From Candidatus Peregrinibacteria bacterium (GTDB lineage Bacteria; Patescibacteriota; Gracilibacteria; UBA1369; LOWO2-01-FULL-3), in assembly GCA_026395515.1 (NCBI GenBank), contig JAPLYN010000005.1, positions 431,938 to 495,937 of the forward strand: DNA of 64,000 nucleotides, given 5' to 3'. Under the pieces are notes generated by a model, which saw only the letters and a list, made by a program, of their open reading frames with translations, made no database searches and was not told the DNA's origin. The position numbers and the translations under genes were made by a program. This document shows positions 39,280 through 48,604 of the stretch, piece by piece (the stretch's first letter is position 1; the number at the start of each line of letters is the position of its first letter).

Positions 39280-39606
39280 ATGAGCTTTAAAGTAATCAAC
39301 GAAGAATTCGACTGCAAAAACTGCGGCACCCATAATGGCAAGCTGCCTGGGAGTTGCCGCAACCACTGCACCAAGTGTCTTTTTTCGCTTCATGTAGACG
39401 AAAGTAGCCCTGGTGATCGTCTCAGTCCTTGTCATGGACCAATGACTCCAGAGTCAGTTTATCAAGATGGCAAAAAGGGTTGGATGATTTCTCACAAGTG
39501 CAGCAAATGTAAGAAAATCATGGTAAACAAAGCCGCTCCGGATGATAATTTCGATGAAATCATTAGATTAAGCAGCGAAACTAATCCACCAAAAATACTT
39601 AATTGA
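39280..39606 (+). CDS. RNHCP-domain zinc-binding protein
   Basis: FDCKNCG...RNHCTKCLFSLHVD..PGDR...C.G.M.P...HKCSKC. Start revised to MSFKV on promoter position. Confidence 0.85.
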   Translation: MSFKVINEEFDCKNCGTHNGKLPGSCRNHCTKCLFSLHVDESSPGDRLSPCHGPMTPESVYQDGKKGWMISHKCSKCKKIMVNKAAPDDNFDEIIRLSSETNPPKILN

Positions 39607-39705
39607 CACAACTCTAGAAAACCACATAATTCCCCGGCGCCGGTCCTCTCGGACACTCGCTGCTGCTCAGGACTTTCTGATCTGTAAAAAACTACAAACT
39701 GAAAA

Positions 39706-39723
39706 CTTGCGCCCGGGCGCAAG
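39706..39723. repeat. Perfect GC-rich palindrome CTTGCGCCCGGGCGCAAG (copy 1)
   Basis: 18-bp perfect palindrome; its 14-bp core recurs at 44031-44044. Confidence 0.85.
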
Positions 39724-39757
39724 ATACAAAACCTTAGGAAATTATGTCAAATCGCTC

Positions 39758-40783
39758 ATGAACCCACAAGAATCAAAAAAATTAGAGACTAAAATTCTCA
39801 CAATTCTGAAACAACACATCCAAAATGGAGACACGGTTGTAGCTGGAATTTCCGGCGGCCCAGATTCCATTTTCCTTTTAGAATTGCTAAAGAAACTTTC
39901 AATCAAAATCATCGCTGCCCACGTAAATCATCAATTAAGAAAAGAGGCCGATGGCGATGAAGAATTCGTTTCCAAAATTTGTGTGCACAATTGGCACACA
40001 GATTCCAAGACTAATCCAGCACGAGAAAACACCACTATCATCTTTTCACCCCTCACCTCCGACATCAAAGCCCTAAGCCAAAAATCCAAACAAGGACTAG
40101 AAGAAACCGGACGCAAAGTTCGCTATGATTTTTTCAATAAATTAGCAAAAAAATATAAAGCAAAATTTATCATCACTGCACACCACGCCGACGACAATTT
40201 AGAAACAATTATTTTAAATTTCGCTCGCGGCGCCAGCCTACAAGGACTCGCCGGAATGCAAGAAATTGAAACAACAAACATTTCCACTGCTTCCCTTCTT
40301 CGTCCTCTTCTTACAATTTCGAAAAAAGAAATTATCGATTTTCTGCACTTTAATAAAGTCAAATTTCGTGTCGACAAAAGCAACAACTCTCTCGTCTACA
40401 AACGGAACTTTATTCGCCACAAAATCATTCCACTACTCAAAGAAATTAATCCAAGCATCTCTTCAACACTCTCAAAAAACACTGAAAACCTTCGAGAGAT
40501 AAATGAATTTCTAAAATCTTCGGCAAAAGATTGGCTCAAAAAAAATGCCCAAGAGTCTACCTTTAAAAAATTTGACGCAAAAAACTTTCGCACACTTTCA
40601 CCAGCTCTTCAAAAAAACATTCTCCTCCAACTTCACACACACCACGTGGGCAACACTCAAAACATCCAAAGCTCAAACATCGAAGAAACCCTCATTCTAA
40701 TCAATAAAAACATCGGCAACAAAAAGAAAAAATTCGGCAAACTAACAATCTTCTTAAAAAATAACATCATAACTATAGTTTAA
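39758..40783 (+). CDS. tilS: tRNA(Ile)-lysidine synthetase
   Basis: SGGPDS, HVNHQLR, TAHHADDNLET, RPLL and RNFIRH motifs; adjacent to ftsH. Start revised to MNPQ. Confidence 0.92.
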   Translation: MNPQESKKLETKILTILKQHIQNGDTVVAGISGGPDSIFLLELLKKLSIKIIAAHVNHQLRKEADGDEEFVSKICVHNWHTDSKTNPARENTTIIFSPLTSDIKALSQKSKQGLEETGRKVRYDFFNKLAKKYKAKFIITAHHADDNLETIILNFARGASLQGLAGMQEIETTNISTASLLRPLLTISKKEIIDFLHFNKVKFRVDKSNNSLVYKRNFIRHKIIPLLKEINPSISSTLSKNTENLREINEFLKSSAKDWLKKNAQESTFKKFDAKNFRTLSPALQKNILLQLHTHHVGNTQNIQSSNIEETLILINKNIGNKKKKFGKLTIFLKNNIITIV

Positions 40784-40875
40784 GACCAGCTCTAAGCTCG
40801 TCAAAACTTTGACCACCCGCCCCTTTAAACCTATAATACCCGAGCTCATTCAAAAAAATTTTAAAATATATTTTC

Positions 40876-42756
40876 ATGCCTACATTACCTAATGCGCCTC
40901 GAAGAAAAGGTGGATTACTGACTTTACTTGTTATCGCACTTTTAATAGCAGCAGTCGTATTGATCAGCAGTGCTGGAGATTCTGGAATTAAAGAAATTAC
41001 TCTCAATACATTAGTAGAAAGAGTTCAAGCTGGAAACATTCAACAATTAAGCGTTTCTGACAATAAAGTTAATATCCAATTAGTGGATGGCAGCAAATTT
41101 TTCACTTATAAAGAACCTAGTTCTAGTGTTTATCAATTATTAGAACAAGCTGGAGTAGAAAAAGCCACAATCGCAAAACTTCCAATCACAGTTCAAAACA
41201 CTGAGGGAGGAAAATTTTGGACAGACTTACTAATAGGACTAGTACCTTTCTTACTTATCATCGGATTCTTTGTATTCATGATGCGCTCAGCTCAATCCAG
41301 CAACAACCAAGCAATGTCTTTCGGCAAGAGCAAAGCCAAGCTTTATGACAAAGGTAAGCAAAAAACTACTTTCGAAGATGTAGCAGGATGCAACGAAGCC
41401 AAAGAAGAATTAGTGGAAATCGTAGACTTTTTAAAGAACCCAGAAAAATATCGCGTAATGGGAGCAAAAATTCCTAAAGGTGTAATGCTCGTAGGTTCAC
41501 CAGGTACAGGTAAAACTCTTCTCGCTCGTGCAGTTGCCGGCGAAGCGGACGTACCATTCTTCAATATCTCCGGTTCAGAATTCGTTGAGATGTTCGTGGG
41601 TGTGGGTGCTTCACGTGTACGTGATCTTTTCACTAAAGCAAAGCGCAATGCTCCTTGTATCATTTTTATCGATGAAATTGATGCCGTAGGTCGTCATAGA
41701 GGTGCCGGTATGGGCGGTGGACACGACGAACGTGAACAAACTTTAAATCAGATTCTTACTGAAATGGATGGTTTTGAAACAGGCACAAACGTAATAGTAA
41801 TTGCCGCTACAAATAGACCAGACATTCTCGATCCAGCTCTTCTACGTCCAGGTCGTTTCGATCGTAAAGTAGTAGTAGATTCTCCAGATCTAAAAGCACG
41901 TGAAGAAATCTTAAAAGTTCACAGCCGTAATAAACCAATCGCTAAGAATGTTGATTTCAAAAAAGTGGCCAAAGGAACTATTGGCTTCAGTGGTGCTGAT
42001 CTTGAGAATTTAATGAATGAAGCCGCAATTCTCGCTGCAAAAAATAATAAGAAAACTATTTCTTCTCACGAAGTAGAACAGTCTATTGAAAAGGTTCTTC
42101 TCGGCCCAGAAAAGAAATCTCGCATCATGAGCGACAAAGAAAAGAAACTCACTGCTTATCACGAAGTTGGTCACGCCTTAATTGGTCACTTACTTCCTGG
42201 TTGTGATCCAATTCATAAAGTATCAATCATTTCTCGTGGTAATGCCGGTGGTGTCACTTGGTCTCGTCCAGACGAGGAAAAGAGTTATATATCCAAGAGC
42301 CATTTTGAAGATGATTTAGCGATGATGCTTGGTGGTTACGTAGCTGAAGAAACTTTCTTTGGAGAAACTTCCACAGGCCCTTCCAGCGACCTTCAGCGCG
42401 CTTCAAAAATTGCTCGCGCAATGATTACTAAATACGGAATGAGCAGTCTTGGACCAATTGTGTTCGGAGACAGCAATGATGAAATTTTCCTTGGCCGCGA
42501 CTTTGGTCACACAAAAAATTATTCAGAAGAGAGCGCTGCAAAAATTGATGAGCTAGCAAAGAAGATTCTTGAAAAAGCTTATGACAAAGCCAAAGATTTG
42601 ATTACAAAGCACAAGAAAATTATGATTGAAATTTCCGAAGATTTAATCAAAGAAGAAAATATAAGTGGCGATGAATTAAAGAAATATTTCAAAGGCGTAG
42701 CAGTTCCTGCAAAAGATTCAGCAGTTAAGGTTGATGCCCAAGCAGATGAGGAATAA
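40876..42756 (+). CDS. ftsH: ATP-dependent zinc metalloprotease FtsH
   Basis: Two TM segments; [19 protein letters not shown] and HEVGH motifs. Confidence 0.97.
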   Translation: MPTLPNAPRRKGGLLTLLVIALLIAAVVLISSAGDSGIKEITLNTLVERVQAGNIQQLSVSDNKVNIQLVDGSKFFTYKEPSSSVYQLLEQAGVEKATIAKLPITVQNTEGGKFWTDLLIGLVPFLLIIGFFVFMMRSAQSSNNQAMSFGKSKAKLYDKGKQKTTFEDVAGCNEAKEELVEIVDFLKNPEKYRVMGAKIPKGVMLVGSPGTGKTLLARAVAGEADVPFFNISGSEFVEMFVGVGASRVRDLFTKAKRNAPCIIFIDEIDAVGRHRGAGMGGGHDEREQTLNQILTEMDGFETGTNVIVIAATNRPDILDPALLRPGRFDRKVVVDSPDLKAREEILKVHSRNKPIAKNVDFKKVAKGTIGFSGADLENLMNEAAILAAKNNKKTISSHEVEQSIEKVLLGPEKKSRIMSDKEKKLTAYHEVGHALIGHLLPGCDPIHKVSIISRGNAGGVTWSRPDEEKSYISKSHFEDDLAMMLGGYVAEETFFGETSTGPSSDLQRASKIARAMITKYGMSSLGPIVFGDSNDEIFLGRDFGHTKNYSEESAAKIDELAKKILEKAYDKAKDLITKHKKIMIEISEDLIKEENISGDELKKYFKGVAVPAKDSAVKVDAQADEE

Positions 42757-42765
42757 TATCTAAAC

Positions 42766-43161
42766 ATGAAACCAACAAGTATTAAAATTCATCCACTTCC
42801 GAGCAACGACATGGAACCTCTAAAAAAAGAGGTGGGTCAGCTTTCAGTAGATATCTACCGCACCGATAAAGAGCTAGTAATCATCGCTCCTATCGCCGGC
42901 GTAGGCAAAGACGACGTGAAGCTTTCCATCACTGACGACGTACTTGTAATCAAAGGAGAAAGACCTTCACACGAAAATATTCCTGAAGAAAATTACTATA
43001 CCCAAGAATGTTTTTGGGGAAATTTTTCTCGCGCTATTGTTCTTCCACAAGAAGCCGACACAAAAAATATTTCTGCCTCTTTTGAAAATAATGTCTTAGA
43101 AATTCGCATCCCTAAACAAGATGTAGAACAAACAAAGATCATCAAAATTCAAGCTCCATGA
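42766..43161 (+). CDS. Hsp20/alpha-crystallin small heat-shock protein
   Basis: VDIY, LVIKGER, FSRAIVLP and ASFENNVLEIRIPK motifs. Confidence 0.9.
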   Translation: MKPTSIKIHPLPSNDMEPLKKEVGQLSVDIYRTDKELVIIAPIAGVGKDDVKLSITDDVLVIKGERPSHENIPEENYYTQECFWGNFSRAIVLPQEADTKNISASFENNVLEIRIPKQDVEQTKIIKIQAP

Positions 43162-44024
43162 AGATAAAAAAAGCAATAATTCCAGCAGCCGGACTTGGAA
43201 CCAGATTTCTTCCTGCAACCAAATCTCAGCCTAAAGAAATGCTTCCAATTGTCGATAAGCCTTGTATTCAATATCTCGTAGAAGAGGCTGTAGCTAGCGG
43301 AATTGAAGAGATTATTATAATCACTGCCGAAGGCAAACAATCCATCGAAGACTACTTTGATATATCTTCTAAATTAAATTCTCATCTCGCAAAAAGTGGT
43401 AAACATAAAGCCATTCGCGAGTTAGAAAAAATTGAAAAGATGGCGAAGTTTAGATTTGTCAGACAGCCAGCACCACGCGGAGATGGTCACGCTATTCTTT
43501 GCGCTAAAGAATTTGTAAAAGATGAACCATTTGCCGTACTCTTCGGTGATGATATCTACGACAGCAAAACACCGGCAATCAAACAGCTCATTAAAGAATA
43601 TGAAAGACTAGGCACACCAATCATCGGTCTCCATAAAATAGACAAAAAAGATTCCGAAAAATACGGCATGGTCGACACTAAAGGCAAAGATGGAAAAAGC
43701 CACAAAATAAAAAGTTTAGTAGAAAAACCAAAGCCATCAAAAGCTCCATCAAATCTCGCCATCATCGGCAAATATATTGTTATTCCAGAGCTTCTGAAAG
43801 ACCTAGCAGCAGCAGAATCAGCCACAAAAGACTCCGAAATACGCCTCATCGACGGCATGCGTGAATTCATCAAACATTCCCCTATTCACGGCTTCGAAAT
43901 CGACGGTGAACGATTCGACACTGGTGACAAACTCGGCTACCTCAAGGCCGTCACCCACTTCGCCCTCAAACACAAAGAACTCAGCGGCGAATATTTGAAG
44001 TTTCTGAAGAGTATAAAGAAGTAA
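43158..44024 (+). CDS. galU: UTP--glucose-1-phosphate uridylyltransferase
   Basis: KAIIPAAGLGTRFLPATKSQPKEMLPIVDKP and VEKP motifs. Confidence 0.93.
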   Translation: MKIKKAIIPAAGLGTRFLPATKSQPKEMLPIVDKPCIQYLVEEAVASGIEEIIIITAEGKQSIEDYFDISSKLNSHLAKSGKHKAIRELEKIEKMAKFRFVRQPAPRGDGHAILCAKEFVKDEPFAVLFGDDIYDSKTPAIKQLIKEYERLGTPIIGLHKIDKKDSEKYGMVDTKGKDGKSHKIKSLVEKPKPSKAPSNLAIIGKYIVIPELLKDLAAAESATKDSEIRLIDGMREFIKHSPIHGFEIDGERFDTGDKLGYLKAVTHFALKHKELSGEYLKFLKSIKK

Positions 44025-44030
44025 AAAATC

Positions 44031-44044
44031 TGCGCCCGGGCGCA
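44031..44044. repeat. Perfect GC-rich palindrome TGCGCCCGGGCGCA (copy 2)
   Basis: Identical to the core of 39706-39723; 6 nt after the galU stop. Confidence 0.85.
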
Positions 44045-44185
44045 CTTTAATCTAACGATTCAAACTTCTGTCAACAAGGTTAGTCCAAAAACACTTCCTC
44101 CTACATTGATTTGGAAGGCATTTTTTGGTATACTACCTAGATACGAAAAGTAGAAAACAAAAAAACAAAAATAAAAACAAACCAT

Positions 44186-44794
44186 ATGCAAGACCAGAAA
44201 ATCTCCCACCCTCTAATCGAAGAGGCGGACAAAAAGAAGAATGAAGGAAAACACGTAGAAGCTATCGCCTTATGCGAAAGAGTTCTTTCTAGTGACCTTG
44301 ATTGCGTAGAAGCTTATGAAGAAATTGGTGACAATTATCTCAGTCTTCGCAAATACGACAGAGCTGAAAAGGCTCTAAAGCAAGCACTAAAATTCAATAA
44401 AAATAGTGCTAACGCTAACTATCTTCTTGGATTTGTTTATTCTTGCACAGGAAATTGGCCTGGTTCAGTAGAACTTTTAGAAAAAGCTGACCTAGCATAT
44501 CCTAATCATCCAGAAATTCTTCGCTGCTTAGGATGGAGTATGTACCATTCAGGACAACAGAAAAGAGGTATCATTCTTTTAGAAAGAGCTCTTTATCTTG
44601 CTCCAAATGATCCTTTAATTTTGAACGACCTTGGAGTTTGCCATTTGAATGACAAACAATTCGACAGAGCTGCTCTTTTATTCAAGAAAACTCTCCAAAT
44701 TGAACCTGATAATCAGAAAGCTAAGGAATGCCTTAACGCTGTCAGATTCTTCCAAAGAGAATACGAGAAATTGAGAAACAGCAAAAATGCTTAG
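44186..44794 (+). CDS. Tetratricopeptide repeat protein
   Basis: Repeated A...LG..Y......A...L.AL...P pattern. Confidence 0.85.
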   Translation: MQDQKISHPLIEEADKKKNEGKHVEAIALCERVLSSDLDCVEAYEEIGDNYLSLRKYDRAEKALKQALKFNKNSANANYLLGFVYSCTGNWPGSVELLEKADLAYPNHPEILRCLGWSMYHSGQQKRGIILLERALYLAPNDPLILNDLGVCHLNDKQFDRAALLFKKTLQIEPDNQKAKECLNAVRFFQREYEKLRNSKNA

Positions 44795-44810
44795 AGTTAA
44801 ATAATATTTC

Positions 44811-44881
44811 AATAAAAGGTCTCCCCAAACGGAGGCCTTGGCTAAGGCATAGTGCCGCTGGGAGTCAGCGACCTTTTTATT
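44811..44881. other. Multi-hairpin intergenic element (branched terminator or REP-like)
   Basis: Outer stem aataaaaggt/acctttttatt encloses ctcc/ggag, gcctt/aaggc and cgctg/cagcg hairpins. Confidence 0.55.
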
Positions 44882-44915
44882 TGAATAAATTCAGGAAAAG
44901 CGCCACAATACAACC

Positions 44916-45296
44916 ATGGACAAAAAAGTAATTATCGGAGGTTTGACCGTCTTAGGAATTATTATTTTAATTCTTCTTGGCCTCAAAAGCTGCAACCCTC
45001 GCACCAAAGTAATCAGCTCCGACGCCGAAGAATATTCTGCTTTTATTAATGCAAATATTGAGTTCACTTGCATGGTGATGAAAGATACTACTTTAGCTGC
45101 AAATACTCCTGAAAACCACAAAAAACTCGACGACATTTATGCTAAATATAAGCTTCCAGTAGCTAATAATGAGCAAATGCTCGGCATTCTCAATAAATAC
45201 TCCGACGATGCTGGCGTTGCCACTATCATTCAACAAAATACCGAGAACTGCCTAAAAGGCGGCAGTCCAATTTTCTATCAAGCAGCAGCGAAATAA
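44916..45296 (+). CDS. Hypothetical membrane-anchored protein
   Basis: N-terminal TM segment followed by Cys; 126 aa. Confidence 0.75.
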   Translation: MDKKVIIGGLTVLGIIILILLGLKSCNPRTKVISSDAEEYSAFINANIEFTCMVMKDTTLAANTPENHKKLDDIYAKYKLPVANNEQMLGILNKYSDDAGVATIIQQNTENCLKGGSPIFYQAAAK

Positions 45297-45375
45297 AACC
45301 GCCAATTCACTTTTTTAACACAAAAAACACTCCCCGCAATTGCAAGTTAAAAAATTTCGACTATAAAGTAAAACT

Positions 45376-46302
45376 ATGCAGAAGAAACTTATCGAATGTA
45401 TTCCAAATTTCAGTGAAGGTCGCGACCCGAAAAAAATTAAAAAAATTCAGGACGCAATCAGTCATGTAAAAGGAATCCACATCTTGAATTATACTAGCGA
45501 TACAGATCACAATCGTACTGTCATCACTTTTGTCGGCGAACCGAAAGAAGTCTACAAAGCTGCTTACGAAGCCGTAAAAACTGCAGCTAAAATCATCAAT
45601 CTCAACGATCATATTGGCGTACATCCACGCATTGGAGCTACCGATGTTCTTCCCTTTGTACCACTACAAAACACAAACGTTAAAGAATGTGTAGAACTAG
45701 CCAAAAAACTTAGCGCCCAAATCGGTAAAGAATTAAAAATCCCAGTCTATCTTTACGAAAAAGCTGCTACTCGCCCAGAACGTGAAAACCTCAGCGACAT
45801 CCGCAATGTTGGTTACGAAAAACTCAAAGAAGAAATTGGCACCAATCCAGAAAGAAAACCTGACTATGGACCTGAAAAACTCACTACTGCTGGAGCTATA
45901 GCCATCGGTGTTCGAGAAATTCTCATCGCCTACAATGTAAATCTCAACACAAACGACATCTTCCTCGCTCGCGATATAGCTAGAACAATTCGTCAAAGCA
46001 ATGGCGGACTCTCATACGTAAAAGCGCTAGGACTTGAGCTCGCAGACCGCGGAATTGTTCAAGTTTCCATGAATCTCACAAACTACAAAGAAACTAGCGT
46101 CAAAACTGTCTACGATCTAATTAAAAAAGAAGCTAAAAAAGAAGGCGTAGAAATTCTCGAAAGTGAAGTCATCGGCCTAATTCCACAAAAACCTCTCACT
46201 GAATGTGGTAGTGACTACAAAAAATACCTCAAACTAAACTCCCAATTCAAAGAAAGCCAAATCCTAGAAGTCGCCCTCAAGCAAGCCTCCACTAAAAAAT
46301 AA
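45376..46302 (+). CDS. ftcD: Glutamate formimidoyltransferase (stand-alone FT domain)
   Basis: LIECIPNFSEGR, DHNRTV, HPRIGATDV, LIAYNVNL and QVSMNL motifs. Confidence 0.9.
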   Translation: MQKKLIECIPNFSEGRDPKKIKKIQDAISHVKGIHILNYTSDTDHNRTVITFVGEPKEVYKAAYEAVKTAAKIINLNDHIGVHPRIGATDVLPFVPLQNTNVKECVELAKKLSAQIGKELKIPVYLYEKAATRPERENLSDIRNVGYEKLKEEIGTNPERKPDYGPEKLTTAGAIAIGVREILIAYNVNLNTNDIFLARDIARTIRQSNGGLSYVKALGLELADRGIVQVSMNLTNYKETSVKTVYDLIKKEAKKEGVEILESEVIGLIPQKPLTECGSDYKKYLKLNSQFKESQILEVALKQASTKK

Positions 46303-46327
46303 GCTCCAGATTGCATTTTTCCGCATA
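46301..46327 (+). repeat. 27-bp direct repeat, left copy (aagctccagattgcatttttccgcata)
   Basis: Exact match to 48093-48119. Confidence 0.95.
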
Positions 46328-46368
46328 AAGCCATTCAAAACCGCCATTAAATATGGTATAATTTACCA

Positions 46369-48090
46369 ATGGCAAAAGAACCTACAAAAACAAAAAAAGA
46401 ACCAGGAGAAATAGACGAATTAGAACTAAAATCTCCCCTTCCACCAGAATCAGCACCTCAAGCTGTTGATGCTTCAGCAGCGCCAATCGCAGACATAATT
46501 TCCACTACAACTGCCGAAGCCACAAAAGAAGAATTAGATCTCAAAGCAGTCAGGGATTCAGTAGAAAATTACAGTGGTGAAGGTTTCTCCGAAAGAGCCC
46601 AAGAAAAAGCAGAATTAACAGAATATCTCCAAAGACTAGGCAAAGACAAAGGTCGCTATTTTGGCAATATAGTACATCAAGGAGTAAGAGATCATTTCGG
46701 TAAAGATGATCATATGAGCGGACTAGGACAATATGCAGCAGAAATAAACGCGCTAATAAATGATGATGCCATAAAAAGCAGATTATGTCGCCAAAAAAAC
46801 GACCCGGAATACATAGCAACAGTGAAATTAGCCGTACAAAAATTAATGGAAGAAAAAAATCTTTCAGAAGAAGAAGCTTTTCAATATTTTGCCGAGACAC
46901 AATTATCCCTCAATGAAGATGGCCATCAAGGAATTACAGATGGTTTAGCGGTACATTTTAGTTCAAATAGTATTTTGAATGTATTTTATGGAGCCGAAAC
47001 GGACAATGAAGCCTTTTTAATTGTTCCAGAAAACATTGCCCTCACAGGAAGACAATACTGGTCTAGAGCCGTTGATACAGCCTATAGCAGAGATACTATG
47101 TACAATGATGTTTATATTTGGCCGGAACACGGCGAAGAAAACGGAATTTCTCTTAATGGAAGTCTTATTTTTGTACCAAGAGATAACGAAATAGATGAAC
47201 AAAATGGCTCCCAATACGAAATTGAAAATGGAAAAGTAGTAGTAGATATAGATAAAATTGAAAAATTCTATAAAGCAATCAGTAAATTAGACAAAAGCGA
47301 CTATCAAAATTACCGTAAAGAAGTAATAAAAGTCGGTAAAGCTCTAGGGTTTGATGAAAAAAAAGTAGATGAACTATCTACTCAATATTATGGAAGCCCT
47401 GAGGTAGCAGAAGAAAAAGAAAAATTAGAATCAATATTCGAAGGAGAAGAGTTGGAAGAAATTAAAAAGTATATCAAAGCTGTGCTGCTAGTAGATTCTA
47501 AATATTCAGATATCGGAATAGCCTTAACATACTTTTCAGAACTAGAAGAGCTAAAAGAAAGCTATAGACCTTTGCAAAAAGAAAGACTAATTAGAGCCGG
47601 ATTCAATACTGATATTCTTGATGAAATATTTGCTGATCCAGTAAAAAAATCCGCAATACAAAAATTCGTAGATAAATACGCAGAAAATTATTCATACTTA
47701 GCAAAAAACAGTCATGGATTTTTCTACAAATCAGCCACCAAATCAGTTGCAGCAAAAAAATATTATGAAAAATTAATTCTTGCCGAATTCAAAGACGTCA
47801 AAATAAGAGAAATAAAATCAGCCACTCAAGACATTGTGGAATATAGAGGCCATGATCAGAATGGAAAAGAAAAAGTGCTAAGAGTAGTCTATTATACAAA
47901 CACAGATCCAAACCGGGCCGTTAGAAAATTTTATCAAGATTTAGGAATACAATTTGATGATAGAGTTATAGACGACACATCTGACGAAGCCGACAAAGCT
48001 ACGCGAGACACAAAGCGCACAACTTTCGAAGATGTTAAGTACAGATATGACTACAAACAACTTCGAACCAATGTTCTCAACCAATTTTAA
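46369..48090 (+). CDS. Hypothetical 573-aa acidic protein flanked by direct repeats
   Basis: Long ORF; extended -10 TGGTATAAT 6 nt before the ATG; low-complexity Pro/Ala/Glu N-terminus. Confidence 0.85.
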   Translation: MAKEPTKTKKEPGEIDELELKSPLPPESAPQAVDASAAPIADIISTTTAEATKEELDLKAVRDSVENYSGEGFSERAQEKAELTEYLQRLGKDKGRYFGNIVHQGVRDHFGKDDHMSGLGQYAAEINALINDDAIKSRLCRQKNDPEYIATVKLAVQKLMEEKNLSEEEAFQYFAETQLSLNEDGHQGITDGLAVHFSSNSILNVFYGAETDNEAFLIVPENIALTGRQYWSRAVDTAYSRDTMYNDVYIWPEHGEENGISLNGSLIFVPRDNEIDEQNGSQYEIENGKVVVDIDKIEKFYKAISKLDKSDYQNYRKEVIKVGKALGFDEKKVDELSTQYYGSPEVAEEKEKLESIFEGEELEEIKKYIKAVLLVDSKYSDIGIALTYFSELEELKESYRPLQKERLIRAGFNTDILDEIFADPVKKSAIQKFVDKYAENYSYLAKNSHGFFYKSATKSVAAKKYYEKLILAEFKDVKIREIKSATQDIVEYRGHDQNGKEKVLRVVYYTNTDPNRAVRKFYQDLGIQFDDRVIDDTSDEADKATRDTKRTTFEDVKYRYDYKQLRTNVLNQF

Positions 48091-48092
48091 TC

Positions 48093-48119
48093 AAGCTCCA
48101 GATTGCATTTTTCCGCATA
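48093..48119 (+). repeat. 27-bp direct repeat, right copy; contains the rnpB -35
   Basis: Exact match to 46301-46327. Confidence 0.95.
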
Positions 48120-48130
48120 TGTATTATAAT
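48103..48130 (+). promoter_or_regulatory. rnpB promoter
   Basis: TTGCAT-16-TATAAT, 6 nt before the first base of the P1 helix. Confidence 0.75.
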
Positions 48131-48136
48131 AACTCC

Positions 48137-48604
48137 GCTCTTAAATGAGTTGGAGTGATCACTTTGATTCGGCAAAATTCGGCGCAAGCCAGACAAGTCA
48201 TTATCAGAGAGGAAAGTCCGAACACCAAGGGAAATCGTAGCCGCTAACAGCGCGCCACAAAGGCCATAATTCGCAAGAATAAAACCTTTGAGGGAAAGTG
48301 CCACAGAGACAATACTAACCCAACCGCAAGGAAGGGCAAAAGGTGAAAAGTCCGTTTAAGGCGGAAGGCTACAAGGAATTGCTAGCAGTTGGTAAACCCT
48401 ACGAGGTGCAAGGTAAGATGGAAAAGTCTTCGTTCTCCCAAATGAATGAAACTTTCTCACCGCAACGAGTTGTAAACGTGGTTCCAAAGTCTGAAAGGAC
48501 GATAAAGAATCTCCAAACAGCCAACAGATAGATGATCACATCCGCTCCGGCCTCACGGCCTGATCGTGAAACAAAATTCGGCTTATGAAGATTCATTTAA
48601 GAGC
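48137..48604 (+). ncRNA. rnpB: RNase P RNA (bacterial)
   Basis: GAGGAAAGTCCGAAC and ACAAAATTCGGCTTA (P4 pairing); GAAAGTGCCACAGA; GGTAAACCC; terminal P1 helix gctcttaaatgagtt/gattcatttaagagc. Confidence 0.95.

Noticed and set aside
39631-39723. SRP RNA or hammerhead ribozyme
   Set aside because: Neither the SRP domain IV motif (CAGG-stem-GNRA-stem-AGCAG) nor the CUGANGA/GAAA core is present in the right arrangement on either strand.
44811-44881. tRNA or tRNA pseudogene
   Set aside because: The cloverleaf-like fold has no GTTC T-loop, no D-loop GG, no 7-nt anticodon loop and no CCA end.
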